DNA of 64,000 nucleotides from Thermoplasma sp. (GCF_023256435.1 NZ_JAGDXM010000032.1:3617-67616), one strand, 5' to 3'; counted from the stretch's first letter, positions 19,679 to 29,967 are shown. Translations and numbers: made by a program. Notes: a model not told the origin generated them from the letters alone.

Positions 19679-22363
19679 TCATGAAATATATATGACCGGT
19701 TTGCCGGGAAGTGCAATTTTTCCGTTTATGACATCACCTCTCTGTATCCTTATGGGACAGCCTATTTCTTTGGATATGTAAACCTGATTCCTCTGAAGGA
19801 CGTCGTACTCGTCGAAACCGTAGATCATTATGTCCTTTCTGCGCTTCACCAGGTACTGCATGTATTTCTTGGACTGCCCTGAAACCGAATTGTTGAGAAA
19901 TTCCTGGGCGGCTCTCATGACATCGTCATTCGCGACCGTTATCTCAACAGACCTTGGCTCCATGCCGGTGACCTGAACTATATTTTTGATGTCCTGCAGT
20001 ACCCTCTCAACATAATCCATGGCATTATACATCTGATCGCATGTCATTGCGAATTTCCTGACCATGCGTTCGTATCTGTCCATGAAGTTCTCTTGGAACG
20101 GATCCACGGACACGTATGTATCCGATACATACATGTGCCAGTATTCCTCCGCATGATGTGGTATTACCGGCATGAGAGACCTGATCCAGTCAGCGAGTAC
20201 CGGTGTAATAGCTCTGTTCACATCTCCGCCTCTGGATGCAAGATATTTCAAATCGTTCAGAACCCCGTAGAATATGTTGATGTATGCATCCCTTATCTGA
20301 TATTTATCCATGCTCTCGAAGAACTGCTTAAGCCTCACTGCGAACCTGGCTACGAACCATGCCTCATAGAAGTTCAGATCAGATTCGTCAGCCTTGAATT
20401 TTGAAAGTAAATCCTTGAATTCATTGAATCTCCTGGTTATGCCTGCCAGATCCGTTTCATTCCAGTCCATCGTGGACGATATATCCGCCTGGACTGCCAC
20501 ATAAAGCCTATATATATCGGCTGAATATTTTTTCGTAATTTCCAGAAGCGATATGACGTTGCCCTTGCTCTTGGATATCTTAGCACCGTTTGAAACCACA
20601 AGACCAGATATTATGAGTCCTGCAGGCCATCTTTCCTTGGGAAATATGGCGGCATGGTTGAGAACATAGAAAGAGAGGTGATTGGATATGTGCGGAATGG
20701 CTGTGAGTCTTATATCGACAGGATACCAATAATTGAACTGCTTCTTGGCCTCTTCTTCTTTGTCGTTCAACGGAGATCCTTCCAGAAATATTCTTGTCAT
20801 GACCTCATCGTTCAGGTCGCCTTTGATGTATAGATCCCTCAGCTGCAGAGAATTCGTGTAAACAGCCGGGTATATAGTTGAATCGGACAGAGATTCAATC
20901 ACCCACCTGTCATCAAAAGGCAGTTTTGTTCCAAGCCCTCTTCTTCTTGCGCAGGGACGCTCACGCAGCCAGTCGATCGCATCGTTCATTACGCTCCTGT
21001 ATACTTCCGGATGCATGACCATGGAATTTATCATGCTGTGGCCTAGATCCTTGAGCCATGTCTGAGAATAATCCAGAAACCACTGATCTGGAAGCACCGC
21101 TACGATGACCTTCGATCCAGATCTAGTCACCGCATGCCTTGACGTCTCGTAGAATATGAACGCATTTCCATCATCGATTAGATCCTTTTTCACAGCTTCT
21201 CTGGCCTCCCGTACGGGCATACCTGTATACTTTCCTGAATCGATCAGCTTACCATAATAGAACTCATTCCTGTACAGATCCCTCGTTGCCTCCTCACGCC
21301 CTTCATCTGAATTCAAATCATATTTAGCCTCTATATCCGCCATTTTGATGGGCGCTTCTATTATGACTGGGAATTCATGCCCCCTCTTCTTTTTATAATA
21401 AACGTAATCATATACTGAATGTGACGGAACGGAGTACACTATACCCGTACCATCATCTGGATCCACAAAATCGGCCTGATACACCTTGACCTGCTTCTTT
21501 GTCGGCGTCTCATAGGTGTATTTCTGTATCGTAGCTGTGCTGATCTCTCCCAGCAGAACGACATCATCCCTCTGGAATTTCAGCTTAGTAAAGCAATTCT
21601 CGGAGACGACAGCCTCACGACCTGCTATACGGATCTTAACATATCTTGCATTCGGATTGATCCACAGGTTTGTTATTCCGTATATGGTTTCCGGCCTCAA
21701 CGAGGCAGCGATCAGATCGAAGGATCTTCCGTGAAAGAATATCGCTGTGTATTCCTCTATCGTGACTTTGTCGGTATCTCCATCCTTTATATCGTCCTCG
21801 CCAACCGCATTGTCATCATCCAGGCTGTAAAGTATTGGATATTTTCCCTGCTTTACCAGGCCCTTATCGTTCAGTCTTCTGAACTGCCATTGCACAAACT
21901 TCTGATAGAATTCATCAGCGGATGTGAAACGCCTCGTCCAGTCGATGGAGTATCCGAGCCGTTTGAAATCATTAATTATGGCATTGGAAAAGTAATCTGC
22001 GATATTCTTTGGATCCTTGAAACTCTCGATTATAGAATCTACATCCTTTTCTCCATATTCCTGAAGATACGATCTGTAGAGATCGATAGTGGCCCTGTCG
22101 CCTGCCCTTATCCTTTCGGAAAAGGCTAGTATCGGCGTACCACTCTGGTGGAATCCCATGGGAAACAGCACATTATAATTTCTGGATCTCTTGTATCTAG
22201 CTATGATGTCTCCAAGCGTATATGTCCTGCCATGCCCAACATGAAGCGATCCATTGGTATATGGCCACGGTACCGTTATCATGAACTTCTTCCGTTCATC
22301 TATCTTTGGGACAAATATTCCGTCCCTTTCCCAGGCATTCTGCCACTTCGTCTCTATGTCCAT
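19679..22363 (-). CDS. leuS: Leucyl-tRNA synthetase
   Basis: 'PYTNGSLHVGH' (HIGH) and 'KISKSKGN' (KMSKS). ATG 22363 (MDIETKWQNAWE...) lies 5 nt after the pdaD stop. The track's extension to 22411 overlaps pdaD. Confidence 0.95.
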   Translation of the reverse strand: MDIETKWQNAWERDGIFVPKIDERKKFMITVPWPYTNGSLHVGHGRTYTLGDIIARYKRSRNYNVLFPMGFHQSGTPILAFSERIRAGDRATIDLYRSYLQEYGEKDVDSIIESFKDPKNIADYFSNAIINDFKRLGYSIDWTRRFTSADEFYQKFVQWQFRRLNDKGLVKQGKYPILYSLDDDNAVGEDDIKDGDTDKVTIEEYTAIFFHGRSFDLIAASLRPETIYGITNLWINPNARYVKIRIAGREAVVSENCFTKLKFQRDDVVLLGEISTATIQKYTYETPTKKQVKVYQADFVDPDDGTGIVYSVPSHSVYDYVYYKKKRGHEFPVIIEAPIKMADIEAKYDLNSDEGREEATRDLYRNEFYYGKLIDSGKYTGMPVREAREAVKKDLIDDGNAFIFYETSRHAVTRSGSKVIVAVLPDQWFLDYSQTWLKDLGHSMINSMVMHPEVYRSVMNDAIDWLRERPCARRRGLGTKLPFDDRWVIESLSDSTIYPAVYTNSLQLRDLYIKGDLNDEVMTRIFLEGSPLNDKEEEAKKQFNYWYPVDIRLTAIPHISNHLSFYVLNHAAIFPKERWPAGLIISGLVVSNGAKISKSKGNVISLLEITKKYSADIYRLYVAVQADISSTMDWNETDLAGITRRFNEFKDLLSKFKADESDLNFYEAWFVARFAVRLKQFFESMDKYQIRDAYINIFYGVLNDLKYLASRGGDVNRAITPVLADWIRSLMPVIPHHAEEYWHMYVSDTYVSVDPFQENFMDRYERMVRKFAMTCDQMYNAMDYVERVLQDIKNIVQVTGMEPRSVEITVANDDVMRAAQEFLNNSVSGQSKKYMQYLVKRRKDIMIYGFDEYDVLQRNQVYISKEIGCPIRIQRGDVINGKIALPGKPVIYIS

Positions 22364-22368
22364 GGTGA

Positions 22369-22917
22369 TCACTCCACTATCAGAACGGCGGCTGCCACCA
22401 CGGTGGTCCACTCACCCGGTTCGAGAACAACAGCAGTGGATGATATTGAACCGGTCGTGAGTATCTTATCCTCCAGCACATATTCCTCCTTCTGCTTATC
22501 ATAGGCAAGCTGTGCCGACGATCCTATGGTTGATGCAAGCATCTCGGCCGCAAGCTTCTCGGCAAATGATCCGGCCGCTTTCTCCGTCTCTCCGAAACTG
22601 TGGTGCTCACTGAGATATCCCCATTTGCTCCTGTCACGAGGTATTGCATATCCTATAGCAGCGGATATCATCCTGTTCAGCTCATTCGACGTGTTTCTTG
22701 CCAGCACTGTGAACAGTATCTGACCTGGATTCAATTTTTTCAGCCCCTCTTCCCTGGTTATCATCTGCGCATGTGGTGGAAAGATGGAACTGATGCTGGA
22801 CAGGTTATAAGGGGCTATACCTGCATCTCTAAGAGCTGCCTCGAATGAAACAAGCTGTGTTTCTCCCCTCCCCACGCCTCTCGTGAAGAAGATATGCGTC
22901 GGCACAAATCCTGACAT
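22369..22917 (-). CDS. pdaD: Pyruvoyl-dependent arginine decarboxylase
   Basis: '[25 protein letters not shown]' is the PdaD self-cleavage region. 182 aa. Confidence 0.9.
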   Translation of the reverse strand: MSGFVPTHIFFTRGVGRGETQLVSFEAALRDAGIAPYNLSSISSIFPPHAQMITREEGLKKLNPGQILFTVLARNTSNELNRMISAAIGYAIPRDRSKWGYLSEHHSFGETEKAAGSFAEKLAAEMLASTIGSSAQLAYDKQKEEYVLEDKILTTGSISSTAVVLEPGEWTTVVAAAVLIVE

Positions 22918-23065
22918 AGAAAACCGATATTCTGCGTTCTTATATTACTTTTGATCGACATTTCATCCACAGCGATTGCAAATTTTTCAGCCATCATCTC
23001 GAAGGATAGATGACGGGATGCCGCTATCCGGCAAAGTATATATATTATATAAAACTTATTTAAAT

Positions 23066-23995
23066 ATGAAAATACTGGTAGTGGTACCGGAATTTCTTCC
23101 GTTGGATCAGATAAAAGCTGCCGTCTCAACGATATCCTCCGATCTTGATGTACGCAATGACACTAACTTCGAAAGAAGTGATGCAGAAATTCTCATCGTC
23201 ACGACGTTCACCCCCGTAAACGCCGAACTTTTGAAAAAAATGCCAAGATTGAGATTCGTTCAGGTTGCGAGTATAGGATATGACAACGTAGATCTAAACG
23301 CCATGAAAGGAAACGGAATAATCGTTTCGAATATACCAACGGCTAGCGCTGACAGCGTTGCTGAGCATGCGCTCTCCATGGTACTGTCTTTGCTGAAGGA
23401 TCAGAGATTTCTGGATTCGGAGATCCGGTCTGGCCGGTGGCCAAAGATAACGAGATCGACGGATCTTATGGGCAAGACGTTTGGCATCGTTGGAATGGGA
23501 TCCATAGGCCGTGCGCTGGCATCCAGGCTTCTGCCGTTCAAAACAGCCATCATCTATTATGATATTAAGAGGATGAGCGAGGCTGAGGAGGAGGAATACG
23601 GTGCAACGTATGTCGATCTGAACAGATTGCTTTCCGATGCAGATATCGTTTCCGTTCATGTGCCACTTACCGAAACAACGAGACATCTCTTCAACAAGAG
23701 CAAATTCGATCTTATGAAGGACGGATCAATATTCATAAATACTTCAAGAGGTGAGGTCGTTGTGGAGAAGGACCTCATTGAGGCTATAAAGAAGAAAGGC
23801 TTAAGGGCGGGTCTTGACGTTTTCGAGACGGAACCGCCTGATCCCAAATCTGAACTTCTGAAGCTTGACAACACCATACTCTCACCGCACATAGCTGGCG
23901 TGACCATTGAAAGCCAGATGCGTTTCTTCAAGGAAACCATCGCAAACGTCATGCGCTACATGCAGGGATATGAACCAAACTTCAGGGTGGCCTGA
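23066..23995 (+). CDS. D-isomer-specific 2-hydroxyacid dehydrogenase family protein
   Basis: 'GIVGMGSIGRALA', 'SVHVPLT', 'INTSRGEVV' and 'SPHIAGVT'. ATG 23066 (MKILVVVPE...) follows a TATA-rich stretch. The track ORF starts at 22976. Confidence 0.85.
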   Translation: MKILVVVPEFLPLDQIKAAVSTISSDLDVRNDTNFERSDAEILIVTTFTPVNAELLKKMPRLRFVQVASIGYDNVDLNAMKGNGIIVSNIPTASADSVAEHALSMVLSLLKDQRFLDSEIRSGRWPKITRSTDLMGKTFGIVGMGSIGRALASRLLPFKTAIIYYDIKRMSEAEEEEYGATYVDLNRLLSDADIVSVHVPLTETTRHLFNKSKFDLMKDGSIFINTSRGEVVVEKDLIEAIKKKGLRAGLDVFETEPPDPKSELLKLDNTILSPHIAGVTIESQMRFFKETIANVMRYMQGYEPNFRVA

Positions 23996-25534
23996 ATGAA
24001 GGGATACAAAATATTCGGGAATGTTCTCAGAGATTTGAAACTCTCACCGGTTCTGGGTAATCCTGGAACGACTGAACTACCCATGCTGAGAGACATCTCA
24101 AACTATGTGCTCACGCTTCATGACGGAATCGCGGTGGGCATGGCTGATGGGATCGCCCTTTGGACAAGGAAGCCTGTCCTCGTTAACCTGCACACAGATC
24201 TTGGATTGGGAAATGCCATGGCCTTTCTGATGACCGCAGCAAGGAACCACTCCCCCCTTATAGTCACAGCAGGACAGCAGGATCAGAGACATCTGGCCTA
24301 CGAACCGCTTCTCTCCGGAAATCTGACGGAGATGGCCGATAACTTCGCAAAATACAGGACAGAGGTGAGAAAACCAGATGACATAGCCTATGAGATCAGA
24401 AAGGCCTATCAGATAGCTGAAGAACCGCCGAGGAGCCCTGTATTCCTTTCATTTCCCATGGACGTCATGGAGGCGGAAGGATCATACGTATACGAAGATG
24501 TCGCGAGATCGACTCACAATGTAATGGACGAAGACGATGTAATAGCGGTGGCAAACGCCATAAATGATGCCAAGAATCCTGCCGTGATCTTTGGATCTGA
24601 GATCGATGAATTCGATGCCTTCTCAGAAGCCATGGCCTTTGCGGAGAAACTTGGTTGTCCTGTCTATTCGGAGCCGTTGGGAAACAGATCGAGTTATCCC
24701 TCAGATGATCCGCATTACGCGGGAGAACTTTATCCTGCAGCAGCTCTTGTGGATCTGGATCTGATGCAGTACGATCTCCTTCTCTTTATAGGATCCGATC
24801 TCACGCTGTATCCTTATACTACGGATCTAATACTGCCCGGTAAGAGGAAGATAGTCATAGGCCTCAACAACAGACGAATGATAGGTGAAACGTATCGGGC
24901 GAATCCAAAGATATTCCTTGCGAGAATACTGGATCTTGTGCACAGAAAGTGCAATTTCAGACGTAGCAGGGACTATATGAAGCTCACGGACGCAGTCAGG
25001 GATAAAAAGAAGATGGGGCAGAAATACGTCTCATACAGGATATCGAAGTATTTCAGTGATTTTACCATGGTGGATGAAGCAATATCTGTTTCAGAAACAC
25101 TCAGACATTACTTCGGATACAGGCCAAACGGTTACTTCACTGCAAGGAGCGGACAAATAGGATGGGCGCTGCCTGCATCTCTCGGCATAGCGATGTACAA
25201 TCCAAAGGTTGTAACTGTGGTTGGTGATGGGTCTCTCATGTACTCCATACAGGCGCTGTGGACGGCGAAGCATTACGGAATACCACTCAAACTAATAGTT
25301 CTGGAAAATGGCGGATACAATATTCTGAGGAGCTATGCCATGTCCTATTTTCCGGAGATCAGTGATGCTGAATATCTCAGGCCAGAGATGGATATAGAGA
25401 GCATCGTATCATCGTATGGCATAGACGTGCGTATTGCCGATGCTGAGCTGAAGGAACTTGAGTGGCTGAGGTCAGGATCTGATCAGAAGGCTCTGATCGT
25501 GAAGATGGACAGATCCATCCCAAGCATGTTCTGA
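23996..25534 (+). CDS. Thiamine-diphosphate enzyme, benzoylformate-decarboxylase-like
   Basis: The N-terminus 'GNPGTTELPML...GIAVGMADGIALWTRKPVLVNLHTDLGLGNAMAFLMTAARNHSPLIVTAGQQD' parallels MdlC-type decarboxylases. TPP motif 'GDGSLMYSIQALWTA...LENGGYN'. The ATG abuts the upstream stop (TGAATG). Confidence 0.85.
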   Translation: MKGYKIFGNVLRDLKLSPVLGNPGTTELPMLRDISNYVLTLHDGIAVGMADGIALWTRKPVLVNLHTDLGLGNAMAFLMTAARNHSPLIVTAGQQDQRHLAYEPLLSGNLTEMADNFAKYRTEVRKPDDIAYEIRKAYQIAEEPPRSPVFLSFPMDVMEAEGSYVYEDVARSTHNVMDEDDVIAVANAINDAKNPAVIFGSEIDEFDAFSEAMAFAEKLGCPVYSEPLGNRSSYPSDDPHYAGELYPAAALVDLDLMQYDLLLFIGSDLTLYPYTTDLILPGKRKIVIGLNNRRMIGETYRANPKIFLARILDLVHRKCNFRRSRDYMKLTDAVRDKKKMGQKYVSYRISKYFSDFTMVDEAISVSETLRHYFGYRPNGYFTARSGQIGWALPASLGIAMYNPKVVTVVGDGSLMYSIQALWTAKHYGIPLKLIVLENGGYNILRSYAMSYFPEISDAEYLRPEMDIESIVSSYGIDVRIADAELKELEWLRSGSDQKALIVKMDRSIPSMF

Positions 25535-25552
25535 TACATCCTCATAGAACAG

Positions 25553-26506
25553 TCATCTTTTGTACATTTCAAGAACAACATCAAGATTCCTGAGGGCATT
25601 TTCCGGTGGATATGGTACATCGATATCCTTCTCCACGCTTTCTATGAATCCACCAATTTCGGATTCATAGACGTCCTTCCATTCTACATTCAGCATCGTG
25701 CCGTTCAAAACTGGAGGATTGAGCACCGTGCGGATCTCGTCTGGTTTCATGAGGCTTGATCCTGCCATCTCATATATAGATCCATCTGTGCCTATGACCT
25801 CATACGCGGGAAGTCTAGGTGGATCCTGGTAGCTCCATGAATAGTAGAAAATGCCGTATGCACCGTTCCTGAATGTAAAAAGCGCAGCTGTATTGTCCTC
25901 GCCTTCCAGAGAGGTTCCGCCTTTATAGTTATGGCATGAAATATCCTTCCATTCTCCACCGAAGTCGAGGAAAAGTTCAAGAAAATGGACACCTCCGTCG
26001 ATCAGAGATCCTCCCATCATCTCGCTTCTCCTGCTCCTCCAGCCCGGCGCATCGTATCTCTGCTGATCCCTGACGATGATGGTGCGTATAGATCCTATCT
26101 TACCATTTTCGATGGCCTCCATAGCCCTCTTGAACGAGGGATCGAAGAAGAACTGTTCCGCGACCATGAATTTCAGATTCCTCCTTTTGGACTGATTGAT
26201 GAGTTTGATAGCCTCATCTATCCTCCCCGTTATTGGCTTCTCTATCAAAACATGCTTTCCGGCTTCAAGCGCCTTCATGGCTACTTCATAGTGAAGATTG
26301 TGAGGCAGTACTATGTCTACGATGTCGCTGTTGCCGCTGAGAGCCTCAGTCAAGTCAGAATAGGTACCACGTATACCATAATCCTTCCGGTACAAGTTAA
26401 GAACCTGATCATTTCTATCATATACTGAAAAATCAAAGCCAAGACGCCTGTAGGTTTCTGCGTGTACCTTTCCAAATCCGTTGCCTCCAACGAGAAGTAT
26501 ATTCAT
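25553..26506 (-). CDS. Gfo/Idh/MocA family NAD(P)-dependent oxidoreductase
   Basis: 'ILLVGGNGFGKVH' Rossmann motif and the 'VLIEKPIT' (EKP) motif. 317 aa. Confidence 0.85.
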   Translation of the reverse strand: MNILLVGGNGFGKVHAETYRRLGFDFSVYDRNDQVLNLYRKDYGIRGTYSDLTEALSGNSDIVDIVLPHNLHYEVAMKALEAGKHVLIEKPITGRIDEAIKLINQSKRRNLKFMVAEQFFFDPSFKRAMEAIENGKIGSIRTIIVRDQQRYDAPGWRSRRSEMMGGSLIDGGVHFLELFLDFGGEWKDISCHNYKGGTSLEGEDNTAALFTFRNGAYGIFYYSWSYQDPPRLPAYEVIGTDGSIYEMAGSSLMKPDEIRTVLNPPVLNGTMLNVEWKDVYESEIGGFIESVEKDIDVPYPPENALRNLDVVLEMYKR

Positions 26507-26718
26507 AACTCATAGGAGTATTATCTTATATATTATTCTTTATGCATAGATATATAGCGATAAGGCTGTATCTCAACGCATGATTTCGCTAGGCATAGTC
26601 CAGACCGCCTGCAAAAGCACATGGGGACAGCGTCATGTATAAATACGATGGATCTATAAAGTGTGGAACTAAGGCATGGGTTATTGATTGATGAGGCTTC
26701 AGACCCATAGTTTGACGA

Positions 26719-26730
26719 AAAAGTTAAAAG
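26719..26730 (+). promoter_or_regulatory. TATA-like element upstream of the tRNA pair
   Basis: 'AAAGTTAAAAG' is centred about 30 nt upstream of the tRNA-Asn 5' end. Confidence 0.35.
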
Positions 26731-26754
26731 CAAAGTAGCTCTATCGGTCTTAGT

Positions 26755-26827
26755 GCCGCTGTAGCTCAGTTGGTAGAGCACTCGGCTGTTAACCGAGCGG
26801 TCATCGGTTCGAGACCGATCAGCGGCG
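26755..26827 (+). tRNA. tRNA-Asn (GTT)
   Basis: Hand-folded cloverleaf. Acceptor GCCGCTG/CAGCGGC, D stem GCTC/GAGC, anticodon stem CTCGG/CCGAG with loop CTGTTAA, T stem ATCGG/CCGAT with loop TTCGAGA. No encoded CCA. Confidence 0.9.
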
Positions 26828-26828
26828 T

Positions 26829-26902
26829 GGGGATGTAGCTCAGCTAGGCAGAGCGCCTGGCTCATAACCAGGTGGTCGTCGGTTCAAACCCGGCCATCCC
26901 CA
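26829..26902 (+). tRNA. tRNA with CAT anticodon (elongator Met or Ile2)
   Basis: Acceptor GGGGATG/CATCCCC, D stem GCTC/GAGC, anticodon stem CCTGG/CCAGG with loop CTCATAA, T stem GTCGG/CCGGC. The G1:C72 pair and the anticodon stem argue against an initiator. Confidence 0.85.
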
Positions 26903-27399
26903 TACGGTTATAAGTTTAAGGATTCTTCATAGGCTATCATTTTTATTTACATCATTTATGGCCTTTCCAGAAGATTGAGAATATTTAATGATATGGCATT
27001 TTTGAAATAAATAGGATCGTTAAAATTGAATCAAGAAAACGATGTTGAATCATACAGGGGAAAGGAGACCTGATAATAGCGTGAGCAGCTATCGCTGTAG
27101 TTATTTCCACGTCAATCGATTTTTACGATATATACCCAATATAAAGGAAATGACAACATATCAAACCTATTTTTCAAATGGATCGATAAGCTTTCTAATT
27201 CTGCATACTTTTCCTAAGCTGATCCATATCAACGACGCTACAGTGATCTTTGAAGATGGATCATGCGAATTGCCTGATACTATACGAATAGGCTGAGGTT
27301 TGCTATCTCTGCAGGCATTAATTCAGATTAAATAAATGAATCTTCAAACAGCTATGCTATCCATAAGGAATTTAATATAGTAGAAATCAATAAATTATC

Positions 27400-28341
27400 A
27401 TGCAGTTGATCGACATCGATCATGCACTGGATATGGATCTTGTGCTAAAACTGAGAGAGGATACGCCGTTCATAAAATCATCTGCAGATCTGGACTTCAG
27501 GATCCCGGTTATGATTCATAATATCGACGGAAAACTTATGATGAGTGCTTTTTTTCCAAAGTTCAAATCGGGAAAAAAGATCAACATCAATCTGAGCGCC
27601 TTCAATCCCATTGAGAAGGAAGATATGTACGTGGTCGACGAGAGGATAAACAACATCCATGGATATGAGATAATAAACGAGCTGATCAATGCGCCATCAT
27701 GCGTTATGAGCAATGCTGATATCTTCAGAGGAGACCTGAATGTTTATCTCAGATTCCACAGTTCGAAAATTGAAAAGATTTCAGATCTGTTATCAAAATA
27801 CATAATCCATGGCGATCATTCAAGAATCGAATATTTGGGTCCAACCATAGGCATTCAAGAAATGCTGGAGCGTTTGGACTCCGATTACGGTCTATCTGTC
27901 GTTTCATATGTTATGCCGCTGGGTGATGAGGAAAAGGAGATCGCCAAAGAATTATCATCAACACCATTCATAGGTGAGCTCAAGAACGATTCGGTTCAGA
28001 AGAACCGTATTGAAACGATCATATATATACAGAAATCCAGGTTGAACAGGCATTTCAGCCAGATACTGACTCCAATATCCGAGGAAAGCGGAATATTTGA
28101 AGCGATAATCGAGAGCAAGAACGTCTCGGAGATCAGGAGAATATCAAATAATCTGCATATACCTAGATTCAGATTTTTCTTCAAACTCTACAAAGATATG
28201 CTTGAGATAGATACATTCCTGCCTTCATCTTCGCTCTACGATTATTATACGGAGATATTCAAACTGGTGCAGAGGATTGATGATGGAATATATGTAAAAT
28301 ATATTTCTAAATACAATCAGGATATATGGAAATATATATGA
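27400..28341 (+). CDS. Hypothetical protein (no recognisable motif)
   Basis: 313-aa ORF in an AT-richer stretch after the tRNA pair. Protein-like composition, but no catalytic or DNA-binding signature was recognised. Confidence 0.5.
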   Translation: MQLIDIDHALDMDLVLKLREDTPFIKSSADLDFRIPVMIHNIDGKLMMSAFFPKFKSGKKININLSAFNPIEKEDMYVVDERINNIHGYEIINELINAPSCVMSNADIFRGDLNVYLRFHSSKIEKISDLLSKYIIHGDHSRIEYLGPTIGIQEMLERLDSDYGLSVVSYVMPLGDEEKEIAKELSSTPFIGELKNDSVQKNRIETIIYIQKSRLNRHFSQILTPISEESGIFEAIIESKNVSEIRRISNNLHIPRFRFFFKLYKDMLEIDTFLPSSSLYDYYTEIFKLVQRIDDGIYVKYISKYNQDIWKYI

Positions 28342-28440
28342 CAATTTCACATTCGATTAGATATATGTAAAGTAGTTAGTTAAATTATGATTTATACAAA
28401 AGGGAAATATTTATATTAACTTATATGAATACATTTTCGA

Positions 28441-29064
28441 ATGAATACAATGAAAAATGAACAAATGCCTCCAGCCATTCTTGGCATAACCGGAATCGCA
28501 GGCCCAATAATAGCCATATCCTTCATTTTGATAGACGTCGGAGTGAGCCCTTGGTTCCTGTGGTCAAGAAATGCTCTCAGCGATCTTGGAGTACATCAGT
28601 ACGGATATCTTTTCAACTCCGGCCTGATAGTAGAGGGCATACTCAACGTGTTCTTCGTGATATCTTTGAAGCGGATCGGCATAGCCAGATATGTGCAGGC
28701 AATGATGATCGCCTCTGGTCTGTCGCTCGCGATGGTTGGCGTGTTCAATGAGCACTTTGGCTACATCCACCTGTTATTCGCACTGATATATTTCATACTC
28801 TTCCCTGTCTCCATAATTATTGCCAGTGCTTCAGCTACACTTCCCGGATCCCTGAGGATCTATGGTATTGCAGGATCTGCCACGGCCATCGCTGTTATAA
28901 TAGTTGGTATAGGTTTTGTCTTCCATTTCGTAACCATCAAGAACGTTGGTCTTGCTGTACCTGAATTCATTGAAGCCGTGATCCTTGCACTGTGGTCTAT
29001 CTTCGCCGGTTTAGTTGTCTATGGAACCGACAAAAATAAAGTTTCTAACAGATCAGTATCCTGA
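28441..29064 (+). CDS. DUF998-like integral membrane protein
   Basis: Six or so hydrophobic segments. 'ALSDLGVHQYGYLFNSGLIVEGIL' resembles the DUF998 'SdLG....FN...i..G' block. Confidence 0.65.
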   Translation: MNTMKNEQMPPAILGITGIAGPIIAISFILIDVGVSPWFLWSRNALSDLGVHQYGYLFNSGLIVEGILNVFFVISLKRIGIARYVQAMMIASGLSLAMVGVFNEHFGYIHLLFALIYFILFPVSIIIASASATLPGSLRIYGIAGSATAIAVIIVGIGFVFHFVTIKNVGLAVPEFIEAVILALWSIFAGLVVYGTDKNKVSNRSVS

Positions 29065-29232
29065 CGCAGCCTCATCTTCCACAGATCTTCGAATACATGG
29101 ACAATCCCTTTTTCCTACAACTTGGTGAAACCTCGGCCATGAATAGCGAAAAAGAGATATCGTTTAATTGACCGACGGAGGCTATATATAGAACAGAAAT
29201 TAATTAGCAGTACGCATCTGAGGCGAGACAAA

Positions 29233-29967
29233 TCAAGATAATTTTCTTATGATCACATCACCCTCTGGATCGTCCTGTATCAGCTCTATACGGCCTTTAT
29301 TATGCAGAAATAGCGAATATAAGAAGAATGAGGCCTGATCCCTTCTGGTGCTGCCCCATACCTTCGACATTGGCACTGTGTCCGATGGATAGGCATCGAT
29401 TATGTCCATCACCCTGGCCATCTCGTCCTCGGGATTATCCCTGTTTAGCTTCTCTACGGAAAATGATACAGGCAGCGTCTTCTGCCTGGGTGAATGTTTC
29501 CTTGTGAGGTTCTGCCTTACCTCATCTATCACCTCAATAAGTGAAACTGGCCTCCTGACCGGCACTGATATCACAGGAGTCAGCTCAATCGGTTCTATCG
29601 ACCTAGGCATATCCTGAACCTGGTCTTCTAGAAAGTCTGATTCCTCCTGCATATCATCCTTCACCGAGAGATCCGACTTCCTGTGTAAGACATACCATGC
29701 CTCCGCTAGAGCCTTGCCGGCAAACTGAAAATCAATGATCTCTCCCTCAGTGAACCTGATCATTATCTCCGAAAATTTGGTCAGATCAACATTCCATGGA
29801 TCGATGAGTCCGTCTGCGCACATCTCAAGTATCTTGATCACGGCGGCTTTCGACGGATCCATGACCTTTCTGGATCTTATCGATCTCTCAAGATCCCTGT
29901 AATATTCGGCCTGATCCTCATCGGACGACTGGATAATGAGATCCTCTATGATCTCCTCGATATTCAT
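29233..29967 (-). CDS. scpA: Segregation and condensation protein A (kleisin)
   Basis: 244 aa, acidic. 4-nt overlap with the smc stop. N-terminal 'DPWNVDLTKF' is a ScpA-type block. Confidence 0.8.
   Translation of the reverse strand: MNIEEIIEDLIIQSSDEDQAEYYRDLERSIRSRKVMDPSKAAVIKILEMCADGLIDPWNVDLTKFSEIMIRFTEGEIIDFQFAGKALAEAWYVLHRKSDLSVKDDMQEESDFLEDQVQDMPRSIEPIELTPVISVPVRRPVSLIEVIDEVRQNLTRKHSPRQKTLPVSFSVEKLNRDNPEDEMARVMDIIDAYPSDTVPMSKVWGSTRRDQASFFLYSLFLHNKGRIELIQDDPEGDVIIRKLS

Noticed and set aside
26533-26865. 110-aa minus-strand ORF in the track
   Set aside because: It runs straight through both tRNA genes (26755-26902) and their promoter region, and its composition is not protein-like. It is an artefact of the GC-rich tRNA sequence.
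27042-27296. 84-aa ORF in the spacer after the tRNA pair, and the small ORFs 47984..48166, 48411..48596, 48469..48762 and 44579..44782
   Set aside because: They have no motifs, odd composition and no SD or TATA context, and several overlap each other on opposite strands. They are treated as non-coding or debris, and are discussed only as possible remnants in the findings.
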